Notes under the pieces: model-generated
Seen by the model: the letters and a program-made list of their open reading frames with translations, nothing else
What the model was told of the DNA's origin: nothing
Databases searched by the model: none
In this document: positions 30,815 to 40,985 of the stretch, in pieces
How positions within the stretch are numbered: position 1 is the first letter of the stretch
Layout: each line of letters begins with the position of its first letter
Source of the DNA: an uncultured Rivularia sp.
GTDB taxonomy: Bacteria > Cyanobacteriota > Cyanobacteriia > Cyanobacteriales > Nostocaceae
NCBI GenBank assembly: GCA_963665115.1
Contig: OY762007.1
Span: 160,001 to 224,000, forward strand
Direction of reading: 5' to 3'
DNA: 64,000 nt
Program-made: the position numbers and the translations under genes

Positions 30815-31053
30815 CAGATTTCATTCCCTTTTGCAACTCCACTATCAATTTCATTATGAAGATTATCTGGAGTAATTTCGTCAACAAGTCCCTCTAAAGT
30901 ATATTTGTTGCGTTTCTTTGGCTTCAATACCAAATTTCCATCAACAACATCAAGTTTGACTTCAGAACCTTCAGCTAAATCAATTTCTTTGGCAATGTTT
31001 TGAGGAATACGAATCGCAAGACTGTTACCCCATTTCGCAATTATTGAAAACAT
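30811..31053 (-). CDS. mazE: MazE/AbrB antitoxin
   Basis: 'KWGNSLAIRIP', 'YTLEGLV..IT..NLH.EID.G...G.E.W'; 4-bp overlap with mazF. Confidence 0.95.
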   Translation of the reverse strand: MFSIIAKWGNSLAIRIPQNIAKEIDLAEGSEVKLDVVDGNLVLKPKKRNKYTLEGLVDEITPDNLHNEIDSGVAKGNEIW

Positions 31054-31068
31054 TTTAACTAATTTGCA

Positions 31069-31093
31069 TTATGTAGATACTATGTATATACAT
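31069..31093 (-). promoter_or_regulatory. Probable MazEF autoregulatory operator
   Basis: Tandem TATGTAGATAC/TATGTATATAC containing the perfect palindrome TGTATATACA, just upstream of mazE. Confidence 0.55.
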
Positions 31094-31452
31094 GATAATT
31101 CATCTATTGCACTATTTTCAACAAGTTTAAAGATATAATTCATTTTTATAAATACAATTAATTTATTCTTTAACCTTTATTTAATTTTAACTTTATATTC
31201 ACCTCCAAACTCTTTCTTTTGATAGTTGTATAATCATTTTCTCAAATAAAATAAAGCGAAATTATTAGATTAACCAATCAAAATTCAAAAATGTTGTCAA
31301 TCTTGATACATAAGCACTTATACTAGGCACGGCACTATAAAAGACTAAATACGTCAATCATCCTGCCGCGATAATTTTGCTTCATTTAATGCAGCTAATT
31401 AACGCGCATTCAATCAAGCTCTTATAGAGTAAGCAGACATACCTGTAAACTA

Positions 31453-32781
31453 ATGACGAAACAATTTCACAATCAAAGTTTACAAGTTCGCGCAAGACTA
31501 GCTAACTTATTGGGAAAGCTAAGTGGGAGAAAATTCTCATTGAAACGGCTACTCAAGCGCTGTCTTCCACTTGTATTTGCAATATCATTTTCTACGGTAT
31601 TGTTACTCGATAATTTGCAATCGGCGATCGCTCAATATCCTGCTCCATTCCCTCCCCCAGCGACTATAATTCAACCGGATATAATTCAACCGGAAATATT
31701 AAAGCCGCGACAGCTACCCCGTCAGGAAATTCGCGGGGTATGGATGAGTACTAATGATTTTAATGTTCTTAAAACTCGCGCTGGAGCCAGAGATGCTGTA
31801 ACTCAATTGCGGCGCTTGAATTTCAATACTATTTATCCCGTCGTATGGAATTCTGGTTACACTAAATTTCCTAGTTATACAGCCAAACGCGCTGGTATTC
31901 CCTTTTTCTTTAAAGGTGCGGATGGACATGATATCCTTGCAGACTTAATTACACAATCGCACCGTCAGGGTTTATTGGTACTTCCCTGGTTTGAGTTCGG
32001 TTTTATGGTTCCGGAAACCTCGGAGTTAGCTTTAAATCATCCTCAATGGTTGACGCAAAAACGCGATGGAAGTCGAACTTCTAATAGTGCTGCGGGTGAA
32101 GTTGCATGGTTAAATCCTTTCCATCCCCAGGTACAGCAGTTTATTCAAAATCTGGTTTTGGAAGTTGTCAATAAATATGATATTGATGGCATCCAATTTG
32201 ATGACCATATGAGTTTACCTCGCGACTTCGGTTATGATAAATACACCGTCGCTTTGTACACTCAAGAAACCGAAAATCCACCACCAGCGAATTCAGCAGA
32301 TGAAGCATGGGTAAAATGGCGTGCTGATAAAATTACGATGTTTATGGCACAGCTTAATCAAGCGGTAAAAGCCAGAAAACCTTATGCAATTTTCTCTGTA
32401 TCTCCTAATTACTACAACCACGCTTATAAATTACAGTTGCAAGATTGGCTCAACTGGGTACGTTTGAGTATTGTAGATGAATTGGTGATGCAGGTTTATA
32501 GCAACGATTTAGCAAGGTTTAACCGTAAAATCAACCGTCCAGAAATTATCGAAACAAAACAATATATACCTACTGGCATCGGTATTATGGCGGGTTTGCG
32601 AAATCGTCCGGTTTCAATGCGACAAATTCAATCTCAAGTAAGAGCAGCAAATAAACAGGGTTTGGGTGTAACTTTCTTTTATTATGAAAGTCTATGGAAT
32701 TACGCTCAAGAAAGTGTTGAGTTAAGACAAGCTGGATTCAAAACTTTATTTCCACGTTTTGCTCGTCGTTCGAGAATTTAA
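31453..32781 (+). CDS. Glycoside hydrolase-like family 10 (DUF187/GHL10) protein, copy 1
   Basis: 'EIRGVW', 'NFNTIYPVVWNSG', 'PWFEFG', 'WLNPFHPQVQ', 'DGIQFDDH', 'QDW'. Confidence 0.9.
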   Translation: MTKQFHNQSLQVRARLANLLGKLSGRKFSLKRLLKRCLPLVFAISFSTVLLLDNLQSAIAQYPAPFPPPATIIQPDIIQPEILKPRQLPRQEIRGVWMSTNDFNVLKTRAGARDAVTQLRRLNFNTIYPVVWNSGYTKFPSYTAKRAGIPFFFKGADGHDILADLITQSHRQGLLVLPWFEFGFMVPETSELALNHPQWLTQKRDGSRTSNSAAGEVAWLNPFHPQVQQFIQNLVLEVVNKYDIDGIQFDDHMSLPRDFGYDKYTVALYTQETENPPPANSADEAWVKWRADKITMFMAQLNQAVKARKPYAIFSVSPNYYNHAYKLQLQDWLNWVRLSIVDELVMQVYSNDLARFNRKINRPEIIETKQYIPTGIGIMAGLRNRPVSMRQIQSQVRAANKQGLGVTFFYYESLWNYAQESVELRQAGFKTLFPRFARRSRI

Positions 32782-32817
32782 TGATAGGATTCTCTAGAAT
32801 AATTGGCGATAACTAAT

Positions 32818-32848
32818 AAACCCGGTTTTTTCAAAAAACCGGGTTTTT
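32818..32848. terminator. Bidirectional terminator-like palindrome
   Basis: AAACCCGGTTTTT-TC-AAAAACCGGGTTT between convergent genes. Confidence 0.6.
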
Positions 32849-32856
32849 AAATATTA

Positions 32857-33171
32857 CTAATTACCTATTTCCTGATTCTCTTCTTCACGAAACAATTCCA
32901 TCAATCCAATCGTGCCAACAAAAAAAGTATAGACGCTGTATTTATACCAAACTTTATCTTTAGAACCTGCTTTGAAAGCTGCTATTATTGCCTCTACAAG
33001 ATGTGCCGCAACAGCTACACGTTCAATCCAAAAAATTGTTTTAATACTCGAAGGTATAATTAAATTGTTTTGTATCGCGTAAATATTCCATAACTCCAAC
33101 AAGATAGCACCCGTCATTAGAACTGTGGAAATAATTTTGATCGCAAATAGATTTTTTTTCATTAGTATCAT
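32857..33171 (-). CDS. Small hypothetical membrane protein
   Basis: Three hydrophobic segments; 'AHLVEAIIA', 'TFFVGTIGL'. Confidence 0.75.
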   Translation of the reverse strand: MILMKKNLFAIKIISTVLMTGAILLELWNIYAIQNNLIIPSSIKTIFWIERVAVAAHLVEAIIAAFKAGSKDKVWYKYSVYTFFVGTIGLMELFREEENQEIGN

Positions 33172-33584
33172 CAGGTTTGTAGTAATGGCTCAAGCCCTTT
33201 TGTAAAGACTAAAGTCCTTACTACAAACTTAAATGAAAATTAAGCAAAGTTGATATTACTACTACTTAATTGCAGCTTTTGCTTTCTCCAATCAAATATA
33301 CAGCTAATTAGGGATTTAAGTCAGTTTTTCCAAATTCAGCAAAATTAAAGTATGTAAAGTTTAGTAAATTAATTAGCGCTTTATGTTAAGAAATTTTTTG
33401 CTGTATATGTATTGCGATGAAATTACTCTTCATCCCAACTTGAAGTAATATCACTGAGATAAAATATTATTCTGCTGTATAAAATACGAAAAGCGTTTAA
33501 CAAAAATTACTTTAGAACTAAGTTAGCAGGGAATGTACTACCACAAATAAATTCTAAATTTAAATAGATATAAATACTTGTGGT

Positions 33585-34778
33585 ATGGCTAATAAACTAT
33601 TTTATACAAAAGTCAAATTTACAACAAAAAAATTTATACCATTACTCTTTTTACTGTCGCTTATTTTCTCTTTGTTGTTAAATAATTTCGCTCCTGTGAC
33701 AGCACAACAACCCCGTGAGGAGATTCGAGGGGTTTGGATGACTAGTAATGATTTTAATATTCTCAAGTCTCGTACAAAAGTAAACGATGCTGTAAGTTTA
33801 TTGCGACGCATGAATTTTAATACTATTTATCCTGTAGTTTGGAATTCTGGCTATACAAAGTTTCCATCTCGCGCCGCAAAGAGAGCCGGTATTCCTTTCT
33901 TTTATAGAGGTGAGGAAGGGCATGATGTTTTAGCAGACTTAATTTATCAAGCACATCGACAACATTTGCTGGTAATTCCTTGGTTTGAGTTTGGTTTCAT
34001 GGTTCCTCAAAGTTCGGAATTAGCCTTGAATCATCCTGAGTGGTTAACCCAAAAACAGGATGGAAGCCAAACTACAGTTGGGGTTGCTGGTGAAAATGCC
34101 TGGTTAAATCCATTTCATCCACAGGTACAAAAGTTTATTTCTGAATTAGTTACAGAGGTAGTTACTCAATATAATGCCGATGGAATCCAGTTTGATGACC
34201 ATATGAGTTTACCCCGCGAGTTTGGTTACGACAAATATACCGTCGCTTTGTACCAGCAAGAAACCGGCAATAATCCTCCCAATAATTCTGAAGATGCAGA
34301 TTGGGTTAGATGGAGAGCAGATAAAATTACTGAATTTATGGTGCAACTCAACCATACTGTAAAAGCCAAAAACCCGGAAGTGATTTTTTCAGTTTCCCCC
34401 AATTACTACGATTTCGCTTACAAATTGCATTTACAAGACTGGCTTAAATGGGTAAGAGAAGATATTGTCGATGAGTTAATCGTGCAAATTTACCGTAACG
34501 ATTTGCAATCATTCATTGCGAATATCAGCCGCGAAGAAATGCGAGAAACTCAGGAAAAGATTCCCACAGCTGTAGGAGTTATGGCAGGATTGCGAAATAA
34601 ACCCGTTTCCATGCAGCAAATTCAATCTCAAGTTAGAGCATCTCGACAACGCGGTTTGGGAGTATCTTTCTTTTATTATGAAAGTTTATGGAATCGCAGC
34701 CAAGAATCAAAACAGCAGCGGAAAGCTGGGTTTCAAGCAATGTTTCCCGCACCTGCTTTTCGCTCGGCGATGAGATAA
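33585..34778 (+). CDS. Glycoside hydrolase-like family 10 (DUF187/GHL10) protein, copy 2
   Basis: Same motifs as 31453..32781; clear paralogue. Confidence 0.9.
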   Translation: MANKLFYTKVKFTTKKFIPLLFLLSLIFSLLLNNFAPVTAQQPREEIRGVWMTSNDFNILKSRTKVNDAVSLLRRMNFNTIYPVVWNSGYTKFPSRAAKRAGIPFFYRGEEGHDVLADLIYQAHRQHLLVIPWFEFGFMVPQSSELALNHPEWLTQKQDGSQTTVGVAGENAWLNPFHPQVQKFISELVTEVVTQYNADGIQFDDHMSLPREFGYDKYTVALYQQETGNNPPNNSEDADWVRWRADKITEFMVQLNHTVKAKNPEVIFSVSPNYYDFAYKLHLQDWLKWVREDIVDELIVQIYRNDLQSFIANISREEMRETQEKIPTAVGVMAGLRNKPVSMQQIQSQVRASRQRGLGVSFFYYESLWNRSQESKQQRKAGFQAMFPAPAFRSAMR

Positions 34779-35059
34779 ATTCAATTTTAGATTGCTTTGT
34801 TAAATACCCTCACTCTGTAAGAGTGGGGCTATACAAACAAAACCCACCTGCGTGGGCTATATATAATAATGAAAAATATTCGATAATAATTTTTAGTGCG
34901 TTTTAACGTACTTTGTTTATTAGCCTGGGAATTGATTCCAAGGCGATTATGGAAGCTTGTTGAGATTGCTGCAATATTTTATTTTCAGTGGATTCAAGAA
35001 ATAATATAATAAGTCATACTTTAAAATATCAAATTATTTAATTAAAATTTATCAATAAG

Positions 35060-36695
35060 TTGCAAAACATCAGGATGCTACCCCTTCACCCGATTTCAGA
35101 TTTCATCGACACTAATTCTAAAATTAATAATCAAAATCCTACTTATTACTATCAAGGCTATTCTAATGGCGAATTATTACAACTTCCGCGCACTCCAGAA
35201 GCAGAATTAATCGCTTGTAGTTTAATGCAACAACTTGCTAATAATGAAATGTATTCCCGTGAAGGTAAAATGTACGGGATTTTATTAGTAGAATTAGCAA
35301 ATGGCGAAAAAGGAATACTCAAAGCTTTTTCGGGATTGCTGAATGGTAAGAGTATTATTGAAGGTTGGGTACCACCGATTCCCGGTAGAGAAGAAGTTGT
35401 ATTAGAAGAAACTCGCACTTTAGCAGAATTGGAAGCTATTAAACAAGAAATTATTCAGCTTAGACAATTAACCCAAAGAAAACAATATGAAACTGTAGCG
35501 TCAGAATTTGAACAACGCTTGCGAGAAATGGGTAAATTTCATCAAGTTAGCAAACAACAACGCGATGAAAAACGCCAGTTATTTGACAAAAATCTAACGG
35601 AAGAAGAATTAAATATAGAGTTAGAAAAACTTAAAGAAGAAAGTCGTCAGCAAGGAATTGAGCGAAAGTTACTCAAACGACAGCGCGATGAGGTATTACA
35701 ACCGCTTCAACAAGTAATTGATCGTGCAGATACACGGATTCGAGAATTAAAGCAGCAGCGCAAACAAATATCCCGCAAACTGCAAGCGCAGATGCATGAG
35801 GCTTATTCGGTAATGAATTTTCTGGGCAATTCATCGAGTTTGCAGCAATTAATGCCCCAATTACCCACAGGTACGGGCGATTGTTGTGCGCCGAAATTAC
35901 TTCATTATGCTGCGATTAATAAATGGAAACCCTTGGCGATCGCCGAATTTTGGTGGGGAGAATCAACTCAAGATAAGATACCCGGAGAATTCTACGGTGC
36001 TTGTGTCGAGCGCTGTCAGCCGTTGATGGGTTTTTTATTATCGGGTATTAATTTAAGCCCAATTCCGATTATTTATCAAGATGAATGGTTGATTGCAGTG
36101 AATAAACCATCCGGTTTGCTATCAGTACCGGGAAGATATCATCATAATCAAGATAGCGTTGTCAGTCGCTTAAATAGTTTATTACTATTACCTGATGGCG
36201 AAAAGATCGCAGCGGTACATCGATTAGATATGGATACTTCTGGTATTTTACTATTAGCAAAAGATAAAGAAGTTTATCGTTTATTAAGCAAGCAGTTTGA
36301 ACAAAGGCAGGTTAGCAAAAATTATGAAGCAATACTTTCAGGTAATCTAATTGCTAACAAAGGAACGATTGAACTACCACTATGGGGAAATCCCGAAAAT
36401 CGTCCTTATCAAGAAGTGAATTACCAATATGGTAAGCCTTGTATAACTAAATTTAAAGTTTTAAATCAAGAAGGAAATTACACTCGCATTGAGTTTATTC
36501 CTTTGACGGGAAGAACTCATCAATTAAGAATTCATGCTGCTGATACCAATGGTTTGGGTATACCTATTTTAGGAGATAAACTTTACGGATGCGATTTAGT
36601 TGCAAGTCGGCTGCATCTTCACGCCAGAGAAACTTTCATTTGAGCATCCGTATTTGAAAGAAAAGATATCTTTGAAAGTAGAAGTGCCGTTTTAA
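35060..36695 (+). CDS. rluA: RluA-family pseudouridine synthase with N-terminal extension; +1 frameshift near the 3' end (~36630)
   Basis: 'NKPSGLLSVPG', 'VHRLDMDTSG', 'TGRTHQLRIH', 'ILGDKLY'. Removing one A restores LHLHARELSFEHPYLKEKISLKVEVPF*. Confidence 0.9.
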
Positions 36696-36973
36696 ATTTA
36701 TAGTAATACTTTTCATTCATTTTAATGGGTTGTAGAGACGTAGCACTGCTACGTCTCCCGACGTTTCCCGCAAAAACGAACCCGTCAAATTTAATGTAAT
36801 GGATTAGTGGTACTCCACCAAATTAATTATGAGGGGTAACACATTTGTAGTGGGAGCGTCTCGCTCCCTGTTGGAAGCTAGCGAGCAAGATGCTCGCACT
36901 CCCCGATACCCAGTTATCTCCAGAAAGCGATAAACCCTCGTGTAAAAATATTAATTAAGTTACTTTCAATCCC

Positions 36974-38260
36974 CTATACCCAATTCCCCAAAACAATCGC
37001 CATTAAAGCAATACCAATCGTAATTACCAACATAAACTTACCACCAGGAACGAGCGATTGATTCAATTCCTCGTATTTATCCCGCTGTTTCCAAGCCATC
37101 ACCGCAGGAATCACGCCTCCCAAAATTGAGACGCTGAAGGTGCCAGCATAATCCAAAGCTGTAAAAAATATGTTGGGATTAATTGCAGAAAAACCCATTG
37201 GCGGAAATAAAATTAGCGAAATTAACGGTAAGCTAACCGTAGGTGTATCCGCAAACAAGTTCATATCTTTGAATAAATCCCGCAAACCGTAGAAAAATCC
37301 GATGAAAGATGTTGCGATCGCAAACTCGGAAAACACGGTAACTAAAATCCCCAACCATTGCCCAGCATCACCAGCACGCAATACTTCTAAGGGATCGAAA
37401 ACACTGCTATTACCGGAAATATTCTCTAACATTGTCGGAGTTACGCTTCCCAAAATCACCGCATTCCACAACAAAAACATTGTTAACGGAATTGCCGATC
37501 CTACAACGATGGATTGACGAACTTTTGGCGCATCTCCTTCCAACTGGGTGGCAACCACTGGCACAATATTATGAAAAAACAGCGCCACTAACATTACTGA
37601 TAACGCAGGAGGTAACGCACTCCAATTTTGAGATAGTAAAGAAGTTGGATGTACCTGCCTTGCAGCTAACAGTAACAATCCTACAAACGAAACTATCACC
37701 GTTCCCACAAAAAAGCTATTTAATTTTTCAATAAATCGATCTTTTCCCAGATATAAAATAACGCCAAATATCAAAGCAAACCCAGTACTTCCCATCCATG
37801 CTGGTAAATCAGGTATGTCCCATATTTTTCCCACCGCAGAGATTAAAATTTCCCCGCCTTGAGAAACATAAGCTATCAACAAAGCATAATGATAAAACAG
37901 GTAAGCCGCACCCGCAGCTTTTGCTCCTACTCCACCCAGAGTGTTTTCCACCATTGCCAAAAAACCGTTGTTAGCGCCCGCGCTATGACGCATACCGTTT
38001 AATGTTACCTCTGCAATCAGCAACGCCGACACTACAGCAAACAACCAAACCCCGATTAATAAAGCCGTAGAAGGTACAACACCAGAAGGCAAAGTCACCG
38101 CAGGTAAAGCCAGAATCCCCGCACCAACAGTAGTTCCAGCAATCAATGCGGTACTTCCAATAACGCTACCAGGTTTGTGAATTAATTGATTTTGCTCCAA
38201 AGTAAGATTAGAAAACAACCGAGTAGTTGAGGGGATATCTGACTTGTCAATTGTCTTCAT
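36974..38260 (-). CDS. Aromatic amino acid permease (TyrP/Mtr family)
   Basis: 'GSTALIAGTTVGAGILALP', 'FHNIVP', 'AIATSFIG'; multiple TMs. Confidence 0.9.
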   Translation of the reverse strand: MKTIDKSDIPSTTRLFSNLTLEQNQLIHKPGSVIGSTALIAGTTVGAGILALPAVTLPSGVVPSTALLIGVWLFAVVSALLIAEVTLNGMRHSAGANNGFLAMVENTLGGVGAKAAGAAYLFYHYALLIAYVSQGGEILISAVGKIWDIPDLPAWMGSTGFALIFGVILYLGKDRFIEKLNSFFVGTVIVSFVGLLLLAARQVHPTSLLSQNWSALPPALSVMLVALFFHNIVPVVATQLEGDAPKVRQSIVVGSAIPLTMFLLWNAVILGSVTPTMLENISGNSSVFDPLEVLRAGDAGQWLGILVTVFSEFAIATSFIGFFYGLRDLFKDMNLFADTPTVSLPLISLILFPPMGFSAINPNIFFTALDYAGTFSVSILGGVIPAVMAWKQRDKYEELNQSLVPGGKFMLVITIGIALMAIVLGNWV

Positions 38261-38364
38261 AAAAATAAATATAAAGTTATGTTAAATATTTTAGCGAAAT
38301 GTAGAGGATGGCTTCAAGCTGAGATTACCTCACCCCTATCCCCTCTCCTTAGAAGGGTACTTTT

Positions 38365-38431
38365 GTAGGGTGTGTTACGGCACAAATAATCTATCTTAAG
38401 AAATTACCATTTAGCGAAGCCGTAACGCACC
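38365..38431. repeat. REP-like element GTAGGGTGTGTTACGGC..GCCGTAACGCACC
   Basis: Copies at 26483-26542, 38365-38431, 39134-39200 and 40409-40467. Confidence 0.85.
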
Positions 38432-38483
38432 ATTTGTTTTTAATACAATTACCAATTACCCATTCCCTATTACCTACCAATAT

Positions 38484-39116
38484 ATGTACGGTGCAAATCC
38501 AAACGAAAAACATCCGATGAAGGGATTTCCGCAAATCTGTTTTATCAAAAATACAGTATCAAATCCAAATATAATTATTGGTGACTATACTTATTACGAT
38601 GACTTAGAAGATTCCGAGAATTTCGAGCGTAATGTTCTCTATCACTTCCCTTTTATTGGCGATAAATTAATCATCGGTAAATTTTGCGCTTTAGCTACAG
38701 GTGTAAAGTTTATTATGAATGGCGCAAATCATAAAATATTGGGTTTTTCTACTTATCCTTTTCAAATATTTGGTAATGGGTGGGAAAAAGTAACACCGCA
38801 GCCGGGGGAGCTTCCTAATAAAGGCGATACTGTAATTGGTAACGATGTGTGGATAGGTTATGAAGCGGTAATTATGCCGGGAGTTAAAATTGGTGACGGA
38901 GCAATTATTGCATCAAAATCTGTTGTTACTAAAGACGTTTTGCCGTATAGCGTAGTAGGTGGAAATCCGGCGAAAGAAATTAAAAAACGCTTTGCTGATG
39001 ATGTTATTGAAAAGTTGTTAGAAATTGCCTGGTGGAATTGGGATATAGAGAAAATTACCCGTAATTTAGACAAAATTGTTGGCGGTGATATTGAAGCTTT
39101 GAAAGGTTGTAATTGA
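38484..39116 (+). CDS. Vat/CatB-family xenobiotic O-acetyltransferase (hexapeptide repeat)
   Basis: 'IGDYTYYDD', '[10 protein letters not shown]', 'NGANH..GFSTYPF', 'IGNDVWIG', 'VVGGNPAK', 'AWWNW'. Confidence 0.92.
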   Translation: MYGANPNEKHPMKGFPQICFIKNTVSNPNIIIGDYTYYDDLEDSENFERNVLYHFPFIGDKLIIGKFCALATGVKFIMNGANHKILGFSTYPFQIFGNGWEKVTPQPGELPNKGDTVIGNDVWIGYEAVIMPGVKIGDGAIIASKSVVTKDVLPYSVVGGNPAKEIKKRFADDVIEKLLEIAWWNWDIEKITRNLDKIVGGDIEALKGCN

Positions 39117-39231
39117 ATATATTTTTTATTTTTGTAGGGTGTGTTACGGCACAAAGAATGTATTTTAATAAATTACAATTTAGCGAAGCCGTAACGCACC
39201 ATTAATTTGAAAATACATTACCAATTACCAA

Positions 39232-40224
39232 TTACCAATTACCAATTACCACTGAATCTTTTTTATTTTTAGAAATATCTAGAAAAGAACATTTTTCTAA
39301 AGGAGAATCAAATAAATGTAGATCGAATTGATCGGATAATTCTTCAAATACTTTAATACCTCTAACGCTGTTACCTCTTTTATCAATTAAAGGAGAGAAA
39401 ACAGCAATACCGGCTTTATCTGGAATTACACCAATTATTCCTCCTGAAACTCCACTTTTTGCCGGAATTCCGACTCGATAAGCCCATTCGCCAGCATAGT
39501 TATACATTCCACAGGTATGCATGACGCTTAAAATATCTCTGACATAACAGGATTTTACCGCCTGTTTATTTGTGATTGGATTAACACCTCTATTTGCCAA
39601 AGTTGCAGCCATCACTGCTAAATCGTGACAGTTAACAACCAAAGCACACTGTTGAAAATAAAGGTCTAAAATTTCGTCAATGTTGTTATCAATTATGCCA
39701 AAATTAAGCAGTAGATTCGCTAAAGCGCGATTGCGATGCCCGGTAGCTCTTTCCGACATAAATACAGGAGCATCAATAAATACATCGTGTCCGATATAGC
39801 GGCGGAACATATCCAAAAGCCGATTCAGCTTGTCAGTACCATTTGAGCCTTTGATTAAACCAGCAGTGGCGATCGCTCCAGCATTAACCATCGGATTATC
39901 AGGGCGTTTAGAATTTTCATCCAAGCGAATTACCGAATTGAAAGGATCTCCGGTAGGCTCTACACCAATTTTTTCTAAAAGCGTTTCGCGATTTTGGTCT
40001 TCCAAAGCCATGCCATAGACAAAAACCTTAGATATAGATTGAATAGTAAAATGGTTTTGGTTATCTCCGACTTCAAAAATTTCCCCTTCCTTAGTAACAA
40101 TAGAAATTGCAAACCAATTTGGATCGGCTTTAGTTAATTCGGGAATATAGCTAGCTAAAGAGCCATCATCGAGAGCGCGATATTTTTCATAAAGAGATTT
40201 AATAAATTCTGGCAAGTCAGACAT
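39232..40224 (-). CDS. glsA: Glutaminase A
   Basis: 'ASYIPEL', 'FTIQSISK', 'EPTGDPFNS', 'NPMVNAGAI', 'CGMY..AG', 'PAKSGVSGG'. The likely start is MSDLPEF at 40224; the longer ORF start lies inside repeats. Confidence 0.95.
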   Translation of the reverse strand: MSDLPEFIKSLYEKYRALDDGSLASYIPELTKADPNWFAISIVTKEGEIFEVGDNQNHFTIQSISKVFVYGMALEDQNRETLLEKIGVEPTGDPFNSVIRLDENSKRPDNPMVNAGAIATAGLIKGSNGTDKLNRLLDMFRRYIGHDVFIDAPVFMSERATGHRNRALANLLLNFGIIDNNIDEILDLYFQQCALVVNCHDLAVMAATLANRGVNPITNKQAVKSCYVRDILSVMHTCGMYNYAGEWAYRVGIPAKSGVSGGIIGVIPDKAGIAVFSPLIDKRGNSVRGIKVFEELSDQFDLHLFDSPLEKCSFLDISKNKKDSVVIGNW

Positions 40225-40608
40225 TTTATACTTTAATGATTTTGTTTGGCTGACTTTTATCTTGGCATAAAACGAACTCGTTATTAGGTCAAAGGTATTA
40301 TATTTCTTTGTAGGGGAGGCAAATTGGGAGGGGGACACTGCGTTGCGGGGGTTCCCCCCGTTGTAGCAAGTGTCCGGGTGTAGATTCTCTTCCCCCAATA
40401 TTGCCGTTGTGTTACGGCACGAATAATATACCTTGAAAAATTATAATTTAGCGAAGCCGTAACGCACTATTTATTTTAATGATGACTAATTAATAAAAAA
40501 TAATCTTTCATTTTCACCATAGATAATGTTGGGTTACGGTACGAATTTAATTTGTAATTATCTATCAAATTTATTTTTTGCACCTAACCCAACCTACGAA
40601 TATAAAAA

Positions 40609-40920
40609 TCAACTACTAACTATAAACTCAAATGGTTTGCCAGGTTTCTTCGGTTCCCATCCTGCTTTAATTGCTTGATGTATCCATGATGCAACTTCCG
40701 AAGGTACAACTGGCTTAACTTCAATTGTAGCCCAATCTTTGGAATGTGCTTTATCAGTCATGATTACTAATTTTGAAGCAGATTCTTCAGCGTGTTCGAC
40801 TGCAACATTTAAACCAATCCCGTAACCAGTTTGAGAATAAGTCGCTTTTCTTCTAATCAACCAGATGAAATTTTCTCCATCTACGGTTATTTTTCTCGCG
40901 CCTTTTTTTGGTATTCCCAT
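40609..40920 (-). CDS. Hypothetical protein (103 aa)
   Basis: ATG ORF co-oriented downstream of the SPFH gene; 'RKITVDG..FIW', 'PSEVA.WI..AI..GWEP'. Confidence 0.75.
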   Translation of the reverse strand: MGIPKKGARKITVDGENFIWLIRRKATYSQTGYGIGLNVAVEHAEESASKLVIMTDKAHSKDWATIEVKPVVPSEVASWIHQAIKAGWEPKKPGKPFEFIVSS

Positions 40921-40985
40921 AGTTATTATTTCTCTATTAATTGATGGAGACGTAGCACTGCTACGTCTCTACATTTTGTTTACAA

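Noticed and set aside
40225..40398. N-terminal extension of glutaminase in the ORF track
   Set aside because: It is translated from repeat DNA; family similarity starts near MSDLPEF at 40224.
38365..40467. Repeats flanking single genes as integron attC sites or a CRISPR array
   Set aside because: The ends read GTT..AAC rather than RYYYAAC..GTTRRRY, spacing is gene-sized and irregular, and no integrase or cas gene is present. They fit REP-like elements better.
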